A stretch of DNA of 64,000 nucleotides from the IMG/VR virus record IMGVR_UViG_3300025066_001240. One strand, given 5' to 3'. How positions within the stretch are numbered: the first letter of the stretch is position 1; each line of letters opens with the position of its first letter. The notes under the pieces are model-generated. The model was not told where the DNA came from, searched no databases, and saw nothing but the letters and a program-made list of their open reading frames with translations. Source of the DNA: an uncultured virus (IMG/VR IMGVR_UViG_3300025066_001240). Its lineage: Duplodnaviria; Heunggongvirae; Uroviricota; Caudoviricetes. The translations under genes and the position numbers were made by a program. Of the stretch, positions 20,812 to 30,500 are shown piece by piece.

Positions 20812-21575
20812 ATTACTCCTAAATCGTAATTGTTAATGAAATCCATGCCGCCTTTATTAAACTCCCCGTGGAACCCAAATGACCCATAGCTAAATAACAT
20901 GTCTCGATTGAAGTTTCTGTAGGTCGTGGGATGTTCGACAGAGAACTTAGCGGCCAGTTCTGGCGGTGCGAACTGAATCCCAACCTTTCTCATTCGGTCG
21001 TAGTTGAACACACAGATGTTCAGGTCTTCGTTCTTGTGGTCCCAGCCTAGCTTGGCTGATTCTTCAACAAACCGTCTTGTTCTCAGGGAAAATCCCCCGT
21101 TACCAACAACGTTTGGGATATCCTCGATTTGCCCGGCGACCATGTCACTAGCTTGGATGATACTCATGGGCCAAGGGGCACCAATGTAATCATAGGCCAG
21201 AAACCGTGCTTCCCACTTACTAGCGTCGATGATGGTAGAGTCGTGCTGGACATTCAAGCAATAGTCACCAGTAATGTAGCGTGCCGCCTGTTGAACGAAC
21301 GACTCACAAAACCCTGAGCGGTTAGAGTCGTCATTCTGAAGATTGCTATTCAGATCGACACTCATATCATACACTTCGATACCGTATTTGTCGATGACGG
21401 GTTCGAATAAACCGAGATCAGTCTTGCTAGGGTCCGTTATTAAAACTTTCTTGCCAAATTCTACCTGATCCATACCAATCAGCATGGCCCTGAGGGACTT
21501 ACGTACATGCTCCGTACCCCAACAGAATGTGAAGATGGTTACTTGCGGTAACTGAAGTTTATTTCCAACAGTCAT
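20808..21575 (-). CDS. DUF5672-like GT-A fold protein
   Basis: QHD, FLAYDYIGAPW, VGNGGFSLR, NED, FSVE, FGFH. Confidence 0.8.
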   Translation of the reverse strand: MTVGNKLQLPQVTIFTFCWGTEHVRKSLRAMLIGMDQVEFGKKVLITDPSKTDLGLFEPVIDKYGIEVYDMSVDLNSNLQNDDSNRSGFCESFVQQAARYITGDYCLNVQHDSTIIDASKWEARFLAYDYIGAPWPMSIIQASDMVAGQIEDIPNVVGNGGFSLRTRRFVEESAKLGWDHKNEDLNICVFNYDRMRKVGIQFAPPELAAKFSVEHPTTYRNFNRDMLFSYGSFGFHGEFNKGGMDFINNYDLGVI

Positions 21576-22572
21576 ACATACCCTCCGTTATCTCATATTC
21601 CATAGTCACTTGTTCTCTCTTGGGTTGTTTTTTCGCCCATCTAAACATTTCATCTACGGTTTTGATAAGGTAAGTAGTATCCTTAAATCCTAGACACATT
21701 TTTGCCTTAGAATGATCACATTGTGTATGTTTAGCTTCATGACGTGCCTCTATATGTTTCACCTTTACTGGATTACACCCGTTCCACACAGATACACGTC
21801 GTACGGCCTCAGCTAGTGCATTAAGGGTCCAATCCTCTTCGGCACCTAAATTAAACGTTTCTCCATCGTGATTATCAATCAATTGCTCGAACGGTTTCAT
21901 GTAGTATTGAACATCAGAGAATTGACGAGTCTGCTCACCATCCCCATAAATCAAGAGCGGTTCACCTTCAAGAGCACGCCGTATAAAGATTCCCACTACA
22001 TTCCTATAGCGGTCCCAGATATTCTGGTAAATACCAACAATGTTATGAGGTCTGACGATGGAATAACGAAGACCATGTTGATCTCCAGCTATCTTCATAT
22101 CCATTTCTACCGCGTATTTAGCTACACCATATGGATCGATGGGTTGTGGAGTCATCGTTTCAACGAATGGAGGTTTTTGAGCACCGTAAACCGCCATAGA
22201 TGAGGTGAAGATCATCTTAACGTCGTTCTGAATACAAGCGTTTATTACATTAGCACTGGATAATACGTTGTTGGAGTAGTTAAAGTGGCGAATAAAGGGT
22301 GATAGACCCTCCGCAGCGTAAGCAGCGAAGTGATAACAAGCTACTACATCTTTCTCCATAGTAAAGATATTGTTTAAACATCCCTTAGCATCCACGTCAG
22401 ATAGGTCAATAGGCCAAAATTCAAACTGTTTTATGTCAGCCTGAGGTAAGTATTCTGGATACCCACCGCTAAGGTCGTCAATACCAACAACTCTAAAACC
22501 TTGTCTGATCAAATAACGAGAGAAATGACTACCAAGTAGTCCAGCACATCCTGTAACCACTACGGTTTTCAT
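21559..22572 (-). CDS. NAD-dependent sugar epimerase/dehydratase (extended SDR)
   Basis: TGCAGLLG, FTSSMAVYG, YGVAK, IYGDGEQTR. Confidence 0.9.
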   Translation of the reverse strand: MKTVVVTGCAGLLGSHFSRYLIRQGFRVVGIDDLSGGYPEYLPQADIKQFEFWPIDLSDVDAKGCLNNIFTMEKDVVACYHFAAYAAEGLSPFIRHFNYSNNVLSSANVINACIQNDVKMIFTSSMAVYGAQKPPFVETMTPQPIDPYGVAKYAVEMDMKIAGDQHGLRYSIVRPHNIVGIYQNIWDRYRNVVGIFIRRALEGEPLLIYGDGEQTRQFSDVQYYMKPFEQLIDNHDGETFNLGAEEDWTLNALAEAVRRVSVWNGCNPVKVKHIEARHEAKHTQCDHSKAKMCLGFKDTTYLIKTVDEMFRWAKKQPKREQVTMEYEITEGMYDCWK

Positions 22573-24257
22573 TGAATTACCCCCTTTTGCTTCATAACTT
22601 GGACCCTCTTCTGTTCCCAGTTATTCCTCTTATCGCACTGAGCCACCATTTGATTGTAGGCCATATTGAAATCAAACGATGAACGATGATTAGCACCGTC
22701 AAAAGCAGCCGAAGATTCGTTGAAGTACATGCCCCCCGTAGACCCCGTAGCCGACTTGTATGTCAAATCCCTACATAGACGTGACTCGAAGAAAGTATTG
22801 AGTTTGGAAGGGTCTCCGAGGGCCTCAATGATCAACCACTTGGCAAGCTGGCCAGCGTCTACGTTGGAGATTTGTTCGTCGCTTAGTTTTTGAACTGGTC
22901 TATGTTGTTTGAGTGGAGACCCCCATGTTTGTTCGGTGGGTATTACCTCAAAGCTATCAAAGATATCTTCCCACTTCTTACCGCTCATGTCCCATTGATA
23001 GTACTTTTCGAAATTCTCACGGGTTTTTGTGCCCATTTTTTCTCTACCTTCATCCGTCATCTTTTCAAAGAAATGAAGAAATACTTCTGAGGAATATTCG
23101 TTATCAGGCACAGCCCTGAGACAGCCAGTTTCTAGCTCTTTATAAAGAGCGGCTGGCGTTAGGGTGAACCCTTCTAACTTACGAAGTACAGACTCCATAG
23201 CAGAATAATCAGTGCCACAAACGGGAACCCCACATGCGGCGGCTTCAACCTGCGGAAGTCCAAAACCCTCACAATTAGCATACTGCGTGTAGAGGTCGAA
23301 CAGATTGATGATGTTGGACAAGTCCTCATAGGAGACACCGTTTTTAACGTTTGACAGGGTCGAACCCCACTTACCAGTGAATGGGGACTGAGCAACCGCA
23401 CCTTTAAAGAGAGATGGGAAGGGTTTCTTGGTCTCTGGGCAGATATATGTGAACAGAACGTGAGCAGACAGATCGTGCTGCAGAATCAGTTCTGGGATAT
23501 CCCAACCCAAGTCTGGGTAGGATGTATGACAATACAGGTAGTAGTTGTCATTTTCCGCCTTATCCAGAAACTTACGGAAAGCCTCAAAGAGATCTGGGTA
23601 CAATTTACGTCGTTGATTACGCATAACCGCCCCTAAGATTTTGAAATCTGGGTTAATACCGTAAGATAACTTATGGGCTTTCTTATCAGGGACCGGATTG
23701 TAAGCCGGGTGAGCAGATGGGGGTGACGATCCGTGGTACTTAATTTTCCCACCAGATTGTTCATTCAACACCCCACCGGCCCAGTCCGAATAAGTCAGGC
23801 AGGCGTCAGCATTGGCATATGTAGAGATCCACTGACGGGCCTGTGGACGAGCGTCAACGGTCGGCATAATAGCCCACTTGAAGTAATTTCTAAATGGAGA
23901 GCGTTCAGCAAAATCCAACATCCAGAAGTCACGAATATCACACACGATATCCGGCATGAAATCCAAACATACATGTTCAAAGATCCACTCACCAAACTGA
24001 TTGGTTCCAGAACCGTTGTAAGCCCGCATTTCCTCTTCTGTAGCCTTGGGTTCACAATCTGTATTTGGAGATACTCCGTAATACTTCCAAGGGATGTTAG
24101 CGGCCCGAGGGTCATTTCGCTGACCGTAGGAACCCATCTCGGCAATTTCGTACTTACCAGTTCCGTGCAGGTAGGTCAGAATCTCTCTGGTGTATGTTGC
24201 GTACCCAGTATTGAGAAAAGTTGCCTCACTACAAAATAATATACGCTTACGCCTCAT
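22569..24257 (-). CDS. Large glycosyltransferase family 4
   Basis: TGYA, RNQRRK, EGFGLPQVEAAACGVP. Confidence 0.85.
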   Translation of the reverse strand: MRRKRILFCSEATFLNTGYATYTREILTYLHGTGKYEIAEMGSYGQRNDPRAANIPWKYYGVSPNTDCEPKATEEEMRAYNGSGTNQFGEWIFEHVCLDFMPDIVCDIRDFWMLDFAERSPFRNYFKWAIMPTVDARPQARQWISTYANADACLTYSDWAGGVLNEQSGGKIKYHGSSPPSAHPAYNPVPDKKAHKLSYGINPDFKILGAVMRNQRRKLYPDLFEAFRKFLDKAENDNYYLYCHTSYPDLGWDIPELILQHDLSAHVLFTYICPETKKPFPSLFKGAVAQSPFTGKWGSTLSNVKNGVSYEDLSNIINLFDLYTQYANCEGFGLPQVEAAACGVPVCGTDYSAMESVLRKLEGFTLTPAALYKELETGCLRAVPDNEYSSEVFLHFFEKMTDEGREKMGTKTRENFEKYYQWDMSGKKWEDIFDSFEVIPTEQTWGSPLKQHRPVQKLSDEQISNVDAGQLAKWLIIEALGDPSKLNTFFESRLCRDLTYKSATGSTGGMYFNESSAAFDGANHRSSFDFNMAYNQMVAQCDKRNNWEQKRVQVMKQKGVIQ

Positions 24258-24385
24258 ACGTTTTTCCCTTTTTTATGTTGTCAATTGCCCACAGGGGTTG
24301 TAAATTTGAGTAGTGGAAACATTCTTTTTGCTGTTCCTCATCCGTCAGGTCAAAATATAATAGTCCACAATGGCAATTATACCAA
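24247..24385 (-). pseudogene. C-terminal stub of an HNH endonuclease
   Basis: Translates as ..YFDLTDEEQQKECFHYSNLQPLWAIDNIKKGKTYEA*, the typical tail of a phage HNH family; the N-terminus and HIDH motif are missing. Confidence 0.7.
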
Positions 24386-25945
24386 TCAGATTTCGTGAAT
24401 TTTGTTTACAATGAAGGAATTATCCTGCTCTACGTCACCGCACAGCATTAGGTTGTTGCCCTCATAAAGAATGAACCTGTACTTTTCTCTGGTCTCAGGA
24501 AATACCACGACGCTATCAAGAGAACAGGAAGCGTCTTCAACGGTTAGGAATGACATGAGTTTGCCAAAGTTCTTGCCCTGCTTCTTGATCTTGAAGTTGT
24601 TCATCCTTGTGATGTTCACTACAAGACAGATATCCTTACCAAACTTCCCATTCGCGATATCCTTACATGAAGTGTTGGAGATAGACGTATCGACCGCTTC
24701 GACTTCACTTAGGGAAACTGGACAGCCCAAGAACTTCTTTTCCATCTCGACGATCCAAGAAGGGTCATCCGACATTCCGTATGGTGGGCTTGCCAGCATA
24801 CCCACTTCGTTCAGGACGATCTGACTACGGTTGGCGTTACTGGTCCCTCCACCCATCTTCTTTGTAGGAGACAGGTCTTGAAAACACTCACCAAGGGTTT
24901 CCCATCGTTTTTCCGGATACTGCGTTGTAACCCACTTCATTTCCGCCTTAGTCAGTTCACGGAATATAAGGTATTCGTACAGTGCCTTATTTCTGCTCAC
25001 ACCGGTAGATTTGGTAGAGAAAAACCCAATAGAACACAGGGCTTTGAAAGCAGTACTAGTTATGTTGGGAGCAATGTATAATAGAACATCCATCCAAGTG
25101 AATTCTTCCGGCTTCTTCTGCGACTCCCATACCGCAGCACCAATAGCCCTCACTACCTTGTCGCCAGTGACCCCAGTAAGACCCTTAACATCCTTGACCC
25201 CAAAGAACACGTCTCTACCCACACGCTCAAATTTCAGACCAAAAGAGGTTAGATTTGGCGACTTCACCTCAATGTCAAACAGTTTAGCCTCAGAGACCAG
25301 TTCATAGATCTCCTGATGGGTATCCTGTTTTTCATTCGCGTGGTATAGGTAAGACGTGAAGAACTCAACCGTGTGATTAGCCTTGTACCAAGCTGACCAA
25401 TAGGAGTCCTTAGCGTAAGCCACAGCGTGAGACTTATTGAATGAGTAACGAGACGACTTCTCGATCCAGCCAAAGATTTCCCTAGCAGTAACATCGTCTA
25501 CTATCCCAACTTTCTCACAACCCTTGATAAACTGCTCACGGATTTCCATCATCAGCTTGGCTTTCTTCTTTCCGATAGCCTTACGTAGATAGTCCGATTC
25601 CTGCTCGGTGAAACCTGCCAGCTTCACGGCGATACGCATCGCCTGCTCTTGATAGACCAACACCCCATAAGTCGTATTGAGAATATCTGCAAGAGAGTCA
25701 TGAAGGTAGGTTACCTCTTCTCGGCCAGCCTTACGGTCAACAAAACGCTGACTCATAGATTTGCCGTCAACGATAGCCTTTAAACATCCCGGTCTAATGA
25801 TCGCGATGAGTGCTGCCAACTCTTCAATATTGCTGGGTGCAACCTTCTTAGACCAAGACCTCCCAAGGTTACTCTCCAGTTGGAAAACACCCTTAGTAAG
25901 ACCGTTATGATACAAAGCCCACGTTTTTTCGTCTCTTAGATCCAT
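24386..25945 (-). CDS. dnaE: DNA polymerase III alpha, C-terminal part of split gene
   Basis: GVFQLES, IIRPG, TYGVLVYQEQAM, LRKAIGKKK, YSFNKSHA, C-terminal OB fold. Confidence 0.92.
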   Translation of the reverse strand: MDLRDEKTWALYHNGLTKGVFQLESNLGRSWSKKVAPSNIEELAALIAIIRPGCLKAIVDGKSMSQRFVDRKAGREEVTYLHDSLADILNTTYGVLVYQEQAMRIAVKLAGFTEQESDYLRKAIGKKKAKLMMEIREQFIKGCEKVGIVDDVTAREIFGWIEKSSRYSFNKSHAVAYAKDSYWSAWYKANHTVEFFTSYLYHANEKQDTHQEIYELVSEAKLFDIEVKSPNLTSFGLKFERVGRDVFFGVKDVKGLTGVTGDKVVRAIGAAVWESQKKPEEFTWMDVLLYIAPNITSTAFKALCSIGFFSTKSTGVSRNKALYEYLIFRELTKAEMKWVTTQYPEKRWETLGECFQDLSPTKKMGGGTSNANRSQIVLNEVGMLASPPYGMSDDPSWIVEMEKKFLGCPVSLSEVEAVDTSISNTSCKDIANGKFGKDICLVVNITRMNNFKIKKQGKNFGKLMSFLTVEDASCSLDSVVVFPETREKYRFILYEGNNLMLCGDVEQDNSFIVNKIHEI

Positions 25946-25946
25946 C

Positions 25947-26240
25947 TCACCATCCTAACAGCGACTTAACATCAAATTTCACACAAAGGAAATATACCAA
26001 GTTACCTATCGCAGACCCCAATACCAGACCCAAACATAACCCCGCAACGAATCTGTTCTCCAGAATACCGTCTTCCACAATATCTTCTGGGTTCGCCCTC
26101 GCTCTTTCCTCAGCGTTGTCTAGTTGGTTAATGGTAAACAGATAGTCAACTGGGCTACCGTGATCATCGAACTCGTGAAGGTGATAGTAATAGGGTTGAG
26201 CAGTCCTATACCTGTTTTTGTTCTCTACTTTTCTGAGCAT
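25947..26240 (-). CDS. Hypothetical membrane protein
   Basis: 97 aa with a C-terminal hydrophobic helix. Confidence 0.6.
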   Translation of the reverse strand: MLRKVENKNRYRTAQPYYYHLHEFDDHGSPVDYLFTINQLDNAEERARANPEDIVEDGILENRFVAGLCLGLVLGSAIGNLVYFLCVKFDVKSLLGW

Positions 26241-26248
26241 GATTTCTC

Positions 26249-26926
26249 CTACTTAATTGCTAGACCACCATTGGCAAAACACTTGTCCACCGTTAGATTT
26301 TGATAGACTAGACGGCGGGACTTTTGAAACTTGATGAAGATGTTGGCTGTATCCTTAACGTCCTGTAGGGCGTCGTGAGCGTTCTCTGAGGACATTCCCA
26401 TACGTTCTCGCAGAGAGTCCATACTGATAGACTTGATGGCAGGGTCGCCCTCTGTCCACAGCCACATGTCGTCCATAACATCGATCTTGTAGATCTGATG
26501 GAATAGCTTCTGACCCTGTCTCTTATCATCGAAGGGTCCGTATTCCTTGCACAAACGGTCTACGATCTTCATGTCATATCCCAAGATGTTAAACCCACAT
26601 GGAATTGGGGCGTGGAACTGTTTTCCAGACCAGTTGTACTTATTAACGAATGTACAGAACTTCTTCCATACACCCTTAGGGAGCGGTGCTTTAGCAAGCT
26701 GCTTCCGTGTCTGACCTGTGACCTTGAGTGCCCCTTCCTCAAGAGGGTCAACTCCAGCAGCCAGTGCTTTCTCGTCGTCAATAATTGGACGCATCATACT
26801 CTGGAATTCACCCTTGGGCCTAAAATTGCGACCATCTAGGGCGATAGCAGCAATCTGAGTTGGCTGACAACGAAGTGGGTTACGTCCACCTGTTTCAAAG
26901 TCGAAGCAAATTATATCCCTATTCAT
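26249..26926 (-). CDS. DEDDh 3'-5' exonuclease (DnaQ/epsilon-like)
   Basis: DFETGG, GFNILGYD, AHDALQD. Confidence 0.85.
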   Translation of the reverse strand: MNRDIICFDFETGGRNPLRCQPTQIAAIALDGRNFRPKGEFQSMMRPIIDDEKALAAGVDPLEEGALKVTGQTRKQLAKAPLPKGVWKKFCTFVNKYNWSGKQFHAPIPCGFNILGYDMKIVDRLCKEYGPFDDKRQGQKLFHQIYKIDVMDDMWLWTEGDPAIKSISMDSLRERMGMSSENAHDALQDVKDTANIFIKFQKSRRLVYQNLTVDKCFANGGLAIK

Positions 26927-27056
26927 TGTAATTTCCTCTCCGAATGAGAATAAGTTTTCATTATCTTTTGTCCTTTATTCTTAAAGGTAATAGCTTCGCA
27001 AAAATCGAGAAATTCTTGCTCCTCCATATTACCCTTCATCACATTCACTCGTTTAA
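26923..27056 (-). pseudogene. C-terminal stub of an HNH endonuclease
   Basis: Translates as KRVNVMKGNMEEQEFLDFCEAI.., paralogous to HKEINRMKSNLPEGDFLQII of ORF 27373..28056. Confidence 0.6.
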
Positions 27057-27356
27057 TTAGTTCCAACCCCTTCCCCTTTGGTTATCTTCTACCCGGCGAA
27101 CCCTTTTCTCCAATTGTTCCATCATGCCCTGCAACTGTTCGATACTTCGCCTGTTCAATTCGTGACAAACTTTAGCTTTTGTTGCTTCACCCCACTTCTT
27201 TTCGCGTTCTTCGTTGAGTTCAATCATTGTAATGGCGTTTTCTAGAAGATCTGAGATGTAGATCTTATCATGACCAGAGACACAAGAGTCCAACTCTGGC
27301 ATAGATCTCATTACTGTGGCGGCTTGTGCGTAGCGTTCTTTACTGAAGGGTTTCAT
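27057..27356 (-). CDS. Hypothetical protein
   Basis: 99-aa ORF with coiled-coil C-terminus. Confidence 0.6.
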   Translation of the reverse strand: MKPFSKERYAQAATVMRSMPELDSCVSGHDKIYISDLLENAITMIELNEEREKKWGEATKAKVCHELNRRSIEQLQGMMEQLEKRVRRVEDNQRGRGWN

Positions 27357-27372
27357 TGTTCAACCTTTAATA

Positions 27373-28056
27373 CTAAAATGATAATATTAACTCCTTATAT
27401 TCTGCAATATTCTTGATTATCTGCAAGAAATCGCCCTCCGGTAGATTTGACTTCATTCTATTAATCTCTTTATGTACCCACTGTACGTTTCCCGACACGT
27501 ACCCCTTACTGCTGTCTATTCTATCTAAAGAGGCTGTAGAGTCCCCCTTCTGCTTCCTAGTCTTCGGAAAGAAAATTGGCTGACCGGAATAAGCACATAG
27601 ACCATTCTGATCAAGGTATTTAGCCCAAGCATATTCCATGGTTATATCAAATTCTAACATTCTTTTTTCAGCACCCTTGGTGTACTGACCCCAGTGGCTT
27701 GCTTGAATCTCTTCATAACCCCTAAAGTTTGGGTGAGACGACCCTCTTTTCCTTGAGTTACAACCACAGCTTTTCGTGTTTCCGCTAGTTAAAGAGTGAT
27801 TTAGTACAGGTATTTTGTTTCCACAATCACAAACACAATTCAGAATCGCGTGCGAATATTCATCCCTACCGTGTACGCTGATGACCATGAGGGAGCCAAA
27901 TTTTTTACCTATCCACCTTCTCTCTGGGGTTTTTGATATACCCCACTTCTTCATCCTTTGGGACACGCAAGCCTCGCTCAGATTAAATTCCTTGGCTACC
28001 TCGCGTTGTGTCTTCCCCTCAGTGTAAATCATTGCTTGTAAAGTCTCTTTGTTCAT
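27373..28056 (-). CDS. HNH homing endonuclease with N-terminal HTH
   Basis: TQREVAKEFNLS HTH; CVCDCG..KSCGC; CAYSG..ASLDRIDSSKGYVSGNVQWVHKEINRMK. Confidence 0.88.
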   Translation of the reverse strand: MNKETLQAMIYTEGKTQREVAKEFNLSEACVSQRMKKWGISKTPERRWIGKKFGSLMVISVHGRDEYSHAILNCVCDCGNKIPVLNHSLTSGNTKSCGCNSRKRGSSHPNFRGYEEIQASHWGQYTKGAEKRMLEFDITMEYAWAKYLDQNGLCAYSGQPIFFPKTRKQKGDSTASLDRIDSSKGYVSGNVQWVHKEINRMKSNLPEGDFLQIIKNIAEYKELILSF

Positions 28057-28097
28057 AGTATGTCTCCAGTAGAGTTAAAATTGACATACTATTATAC

Positions 28098-29753
28098 TCA
28101 ATTTCCTATTAATTCCCTCACATACATCAATTTATCTAGGAGATTTATCCCGAGAACATCGAATTTCACATGTCCTAGTGCCTCTAGGTCGTTCATTTCA
28201 AGACCGGCAATCTTCTCGCCTCCACTTTTCTGGTTAACCATAGGGCATACCTCGTGAAGCGGTAGAGCAGAGATCACAACACCAGCGGCGTGCTTACCCT
28301 GTGTCTTGAAGGTTCCCTCAAGATCAATAGCTTGTTGGAAGTATTCAGCATAGTCACCGTGCAGTACACCTTCATCGTCAATATAGCAGTAGTCCCTAAG
28401 GTCGTCTGCATTATTCAGAAGTGCCCACCGGATTATAGAGCGATCCTCTTCGTCCATTAGTGCTAACTGGTCGGATATAGCGGCCTCGTCAGGTATGTAC
28501 TTGGTAATGTAGTTCATCTCACCAAACCCACAGGCTTCGTTCACACGTAGAATCTCTTTGATTGCACTGCGACCCTGTAGCCTACCAAAAGTACACATTT
28601 GGCTAACGTTCTCGGCACCATACCTGTTCTTCAACTCCTGAATGATTTCATCACGCTTACCCGTAGGAACGTCCATGTCAATATCGGGTAGGGACACATG
28701 ATCTTCTGTGTTACGACCGTCGTTGTAGAAACGCTCAAAGATAAGAGCAAACTCAATAGGGTCGATCATGGTGATCTTCATGAGGTAGGAGATCAGACAC
28801 CCAGCAGCAGACCCTCTCCCCGGACCAACCATCCAGCCGTTACTACGGCAGAAGTTGAGAATATCCCAAACGATAAGGAAGTAACCTGAGAGATTAGCAT
28901 TCTCTATAACCTTGAGTTCTCTGTCGTAGCGTGCCCTGTATTCTACACAGTTATCAGATGTAATAGTGCCGTCTTTCTCTAGCTCCAACCAGCCCTCTTT
29001 ACACAATTCTACCAGATACTCACCTTCGCTGTAACCAACAGGACAGGGGAATTTAGGAAGCATTGGCTTACTGAGGATATTGTAGTTCTCACACTTGTCA
29101 AAGATCTCATCGAAGATATCCATCTTAGGATCATCCACTAGAATCTGTGCGGCCTCCATCCTGTCTTTTATGTAGAATTCGCTACACTCGAAGAACATCT
29201 GGTAGTCAGTAATGTCAGTGTTGTTTCGGATCAGTTGGAGACCGGGGATGACGTATATCCGCTTTACTTGTGACATAGTCTTCTTTAGGTGACCACATAT
29301 CAAAACCCTGTGCAGTTCAGCTTGATCTCTCTCTACGTAATACGTATTTGGGAAAGCAGAACTCTTCTGATAGAAGTCTTCACCTGAGATTGGTGAGACA
29401 GAGGGATCTCTAGCCAGACAGATTAGGTTACCCTGATTAGCCAGCTTGACCAATAGCCCAGTGTCAACATTTCCCCTGTCGTCGAGGGTGGACACGATGC
29501 GGATTAGTTCCAACCAACCTTCTTTGTTCTTAGCAAAGAGGGTGAAACCATCAAACGTACAACCAATGATTGGCTTGATATCGTTCGCTATGCAGGCTTG
29601 GTAAAAAGAAACGGCTCCGGAGATTGACTTGTAATCAGCTATCCCGCAGGCCCGATAAGAATTCTCTGAGCATTTTTTAGCTAGTTGTTTGGGCTTTGAG
29701 AAGGCTCGCTGTAGAGAATAGTGCGTGTAATTGCACAACGGAAACCACTTCAT
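28098..29753 (-). CDS. dnaE: DNA polymerase III alpha, N-terminal part (PHP plus catalytic palm) of split gene
   Basis: THYSL PHP start; GPGRGSAAG; FERF; LPDIDMD; GKHAAGVVI; KFDVLG. Confidence 0.92.
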   Translation of the reverse strand: MKWFPLCNYTHYSLQRAFSKPKQLAKKCSENSYRACGIADYKSISGAVSFYQACIANDIKPIIGCTFDGFTLFAKNKEGWLELIRIVSTLDDRGNVDTGLLVKLANQGNLICLARDPSVSPISGEDFYQKSSAFPNTYYVERDQAELHRVLICGHLKKTMSQVKRIYVIPGLQLIRNNTDITDYQMFFECSEFYIKDRMEAAQILVDDPKMDIFDEIFDKCENYNILSKPMLPKFPCPVGYSEGEYLVELCKEGWLELEKDGTITSDNCVEYRARYDRELKVIENANLSGYFLIVWDILNFCRSNGWMVGPGRGSAAGCLISYLMKITMIDPIEFALIFERFYNDGRNTEDHVSLPDIDMDVPTGKRDEIIQELKNRYGAENVSQMCTFGRLQGRSAIKEILRVNEACGFGEMNYITKYIPDEAAISDQLALMDEEDRSIIRWALLNNADDLRDYCYIDDEGVLHGDYAEYFQQAIDLEGTFKTQGKHAAGVVISALPLHEVCPMVNQKSGGEKIAGLEMNDLEALGHVKFDVLGINLLDKLMYVRELIGN

Positions 29754-29888
29754 ATCTTGTCCTTGTTAGTGTCCTAATTCCTGTCTTCTCCTTTATTATA
29801 GTCCAGAATCTCTGAATGTAAAGGGTTACTTTGAGCGATTCTTGATTTTTCTGATAATTTCTGGCCGTACGATACAACGGAGACAAAA

Positions 29889-30500
29889 TCAAGCATGTTC
29901 AAAAAAATACCCAAACCTGTCTATGTCTACAGAGTGTGTGTTTTCGACTAGTTTGATCGTCTCGTTATCATAGTAATGAGAATAATGAAGGTGGGTACTT
30001 TGATTCATTGGCGACAATTTAATATCCAGGTAACTTTCTATCTTATCAAGTTGTTCATATTTGAACCACACTACCCCTCCGGGGTGACGCTCGTTAACCC
30101 AATACATACATGGTTCAGTGGAAGTATCTTTGTAATCCTTTAAAAATTTATGAAACCCCTTGGTTATTACCTCTATGTTTAAATCGTTAGCCCATTTGCG
30201 GATCCCATCTTTATTACTTAGTTCTTCCACAGACGACGGGCTGTCTATAATCTTCCACGTCCTTTGTATATAAAAACAAAACAGGGATAACATTCTTTCC
30301 CAAGGATTTCTTGACACAGCAATCAATTCATAATCATTAAATTCGTCAGGTAGTGATCTACTGTTCTGATGCCAAGATTCGTCTGGTTTTCTTATACTAT
30401 CCCACCCCTGATTAGATTCCATCAAAGCCCAATGAATTGACGTACACGCAGTTTTTGGAATGCGTATAAAAATCATCTTTTTGTCTCTATTTACTAACAT
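29889..30500 (-). CDS. Sulfotransferase family protein
   Basis: FIRIPKTACTSI (5'-PSB), RNPWERMLS (3'-PB), DIDRFGY; start at MLVNRDKK. Confidence 0.8.
   Translation of the reverse strand: MLVNRDKKMIFIRIPKTACTSIHWALMESNQGWDSIRKPDESWHQNSRSLPDEFNDYELIAVSRNPWERMLSLFCFYIQRTWKIIDSPSSVEELSNKDGIRKWANDLNIEVITKGFHKFLKDYKDTSTEPCMYWVNERHPGGVVWFKYEQLDKIESYLDIKLSPMNQSTHLHYSHYYDNETIKLVENTHSVDIDRFGYFFEHA

Noticed and set aside
4347..24257. Bacterial chromosomal LPS/capsule locus
   Set aside because: No wzx/wzy/wzz/ABC export genes, and it is contiguous with phage-type replication genes and homing endonucleases.
28057..28097. Group I intron joining the dnaE halves
   Set aside because: Non-coding gaps between the halves are too short and show no P/Q/R/S core; several independent genes intervene.
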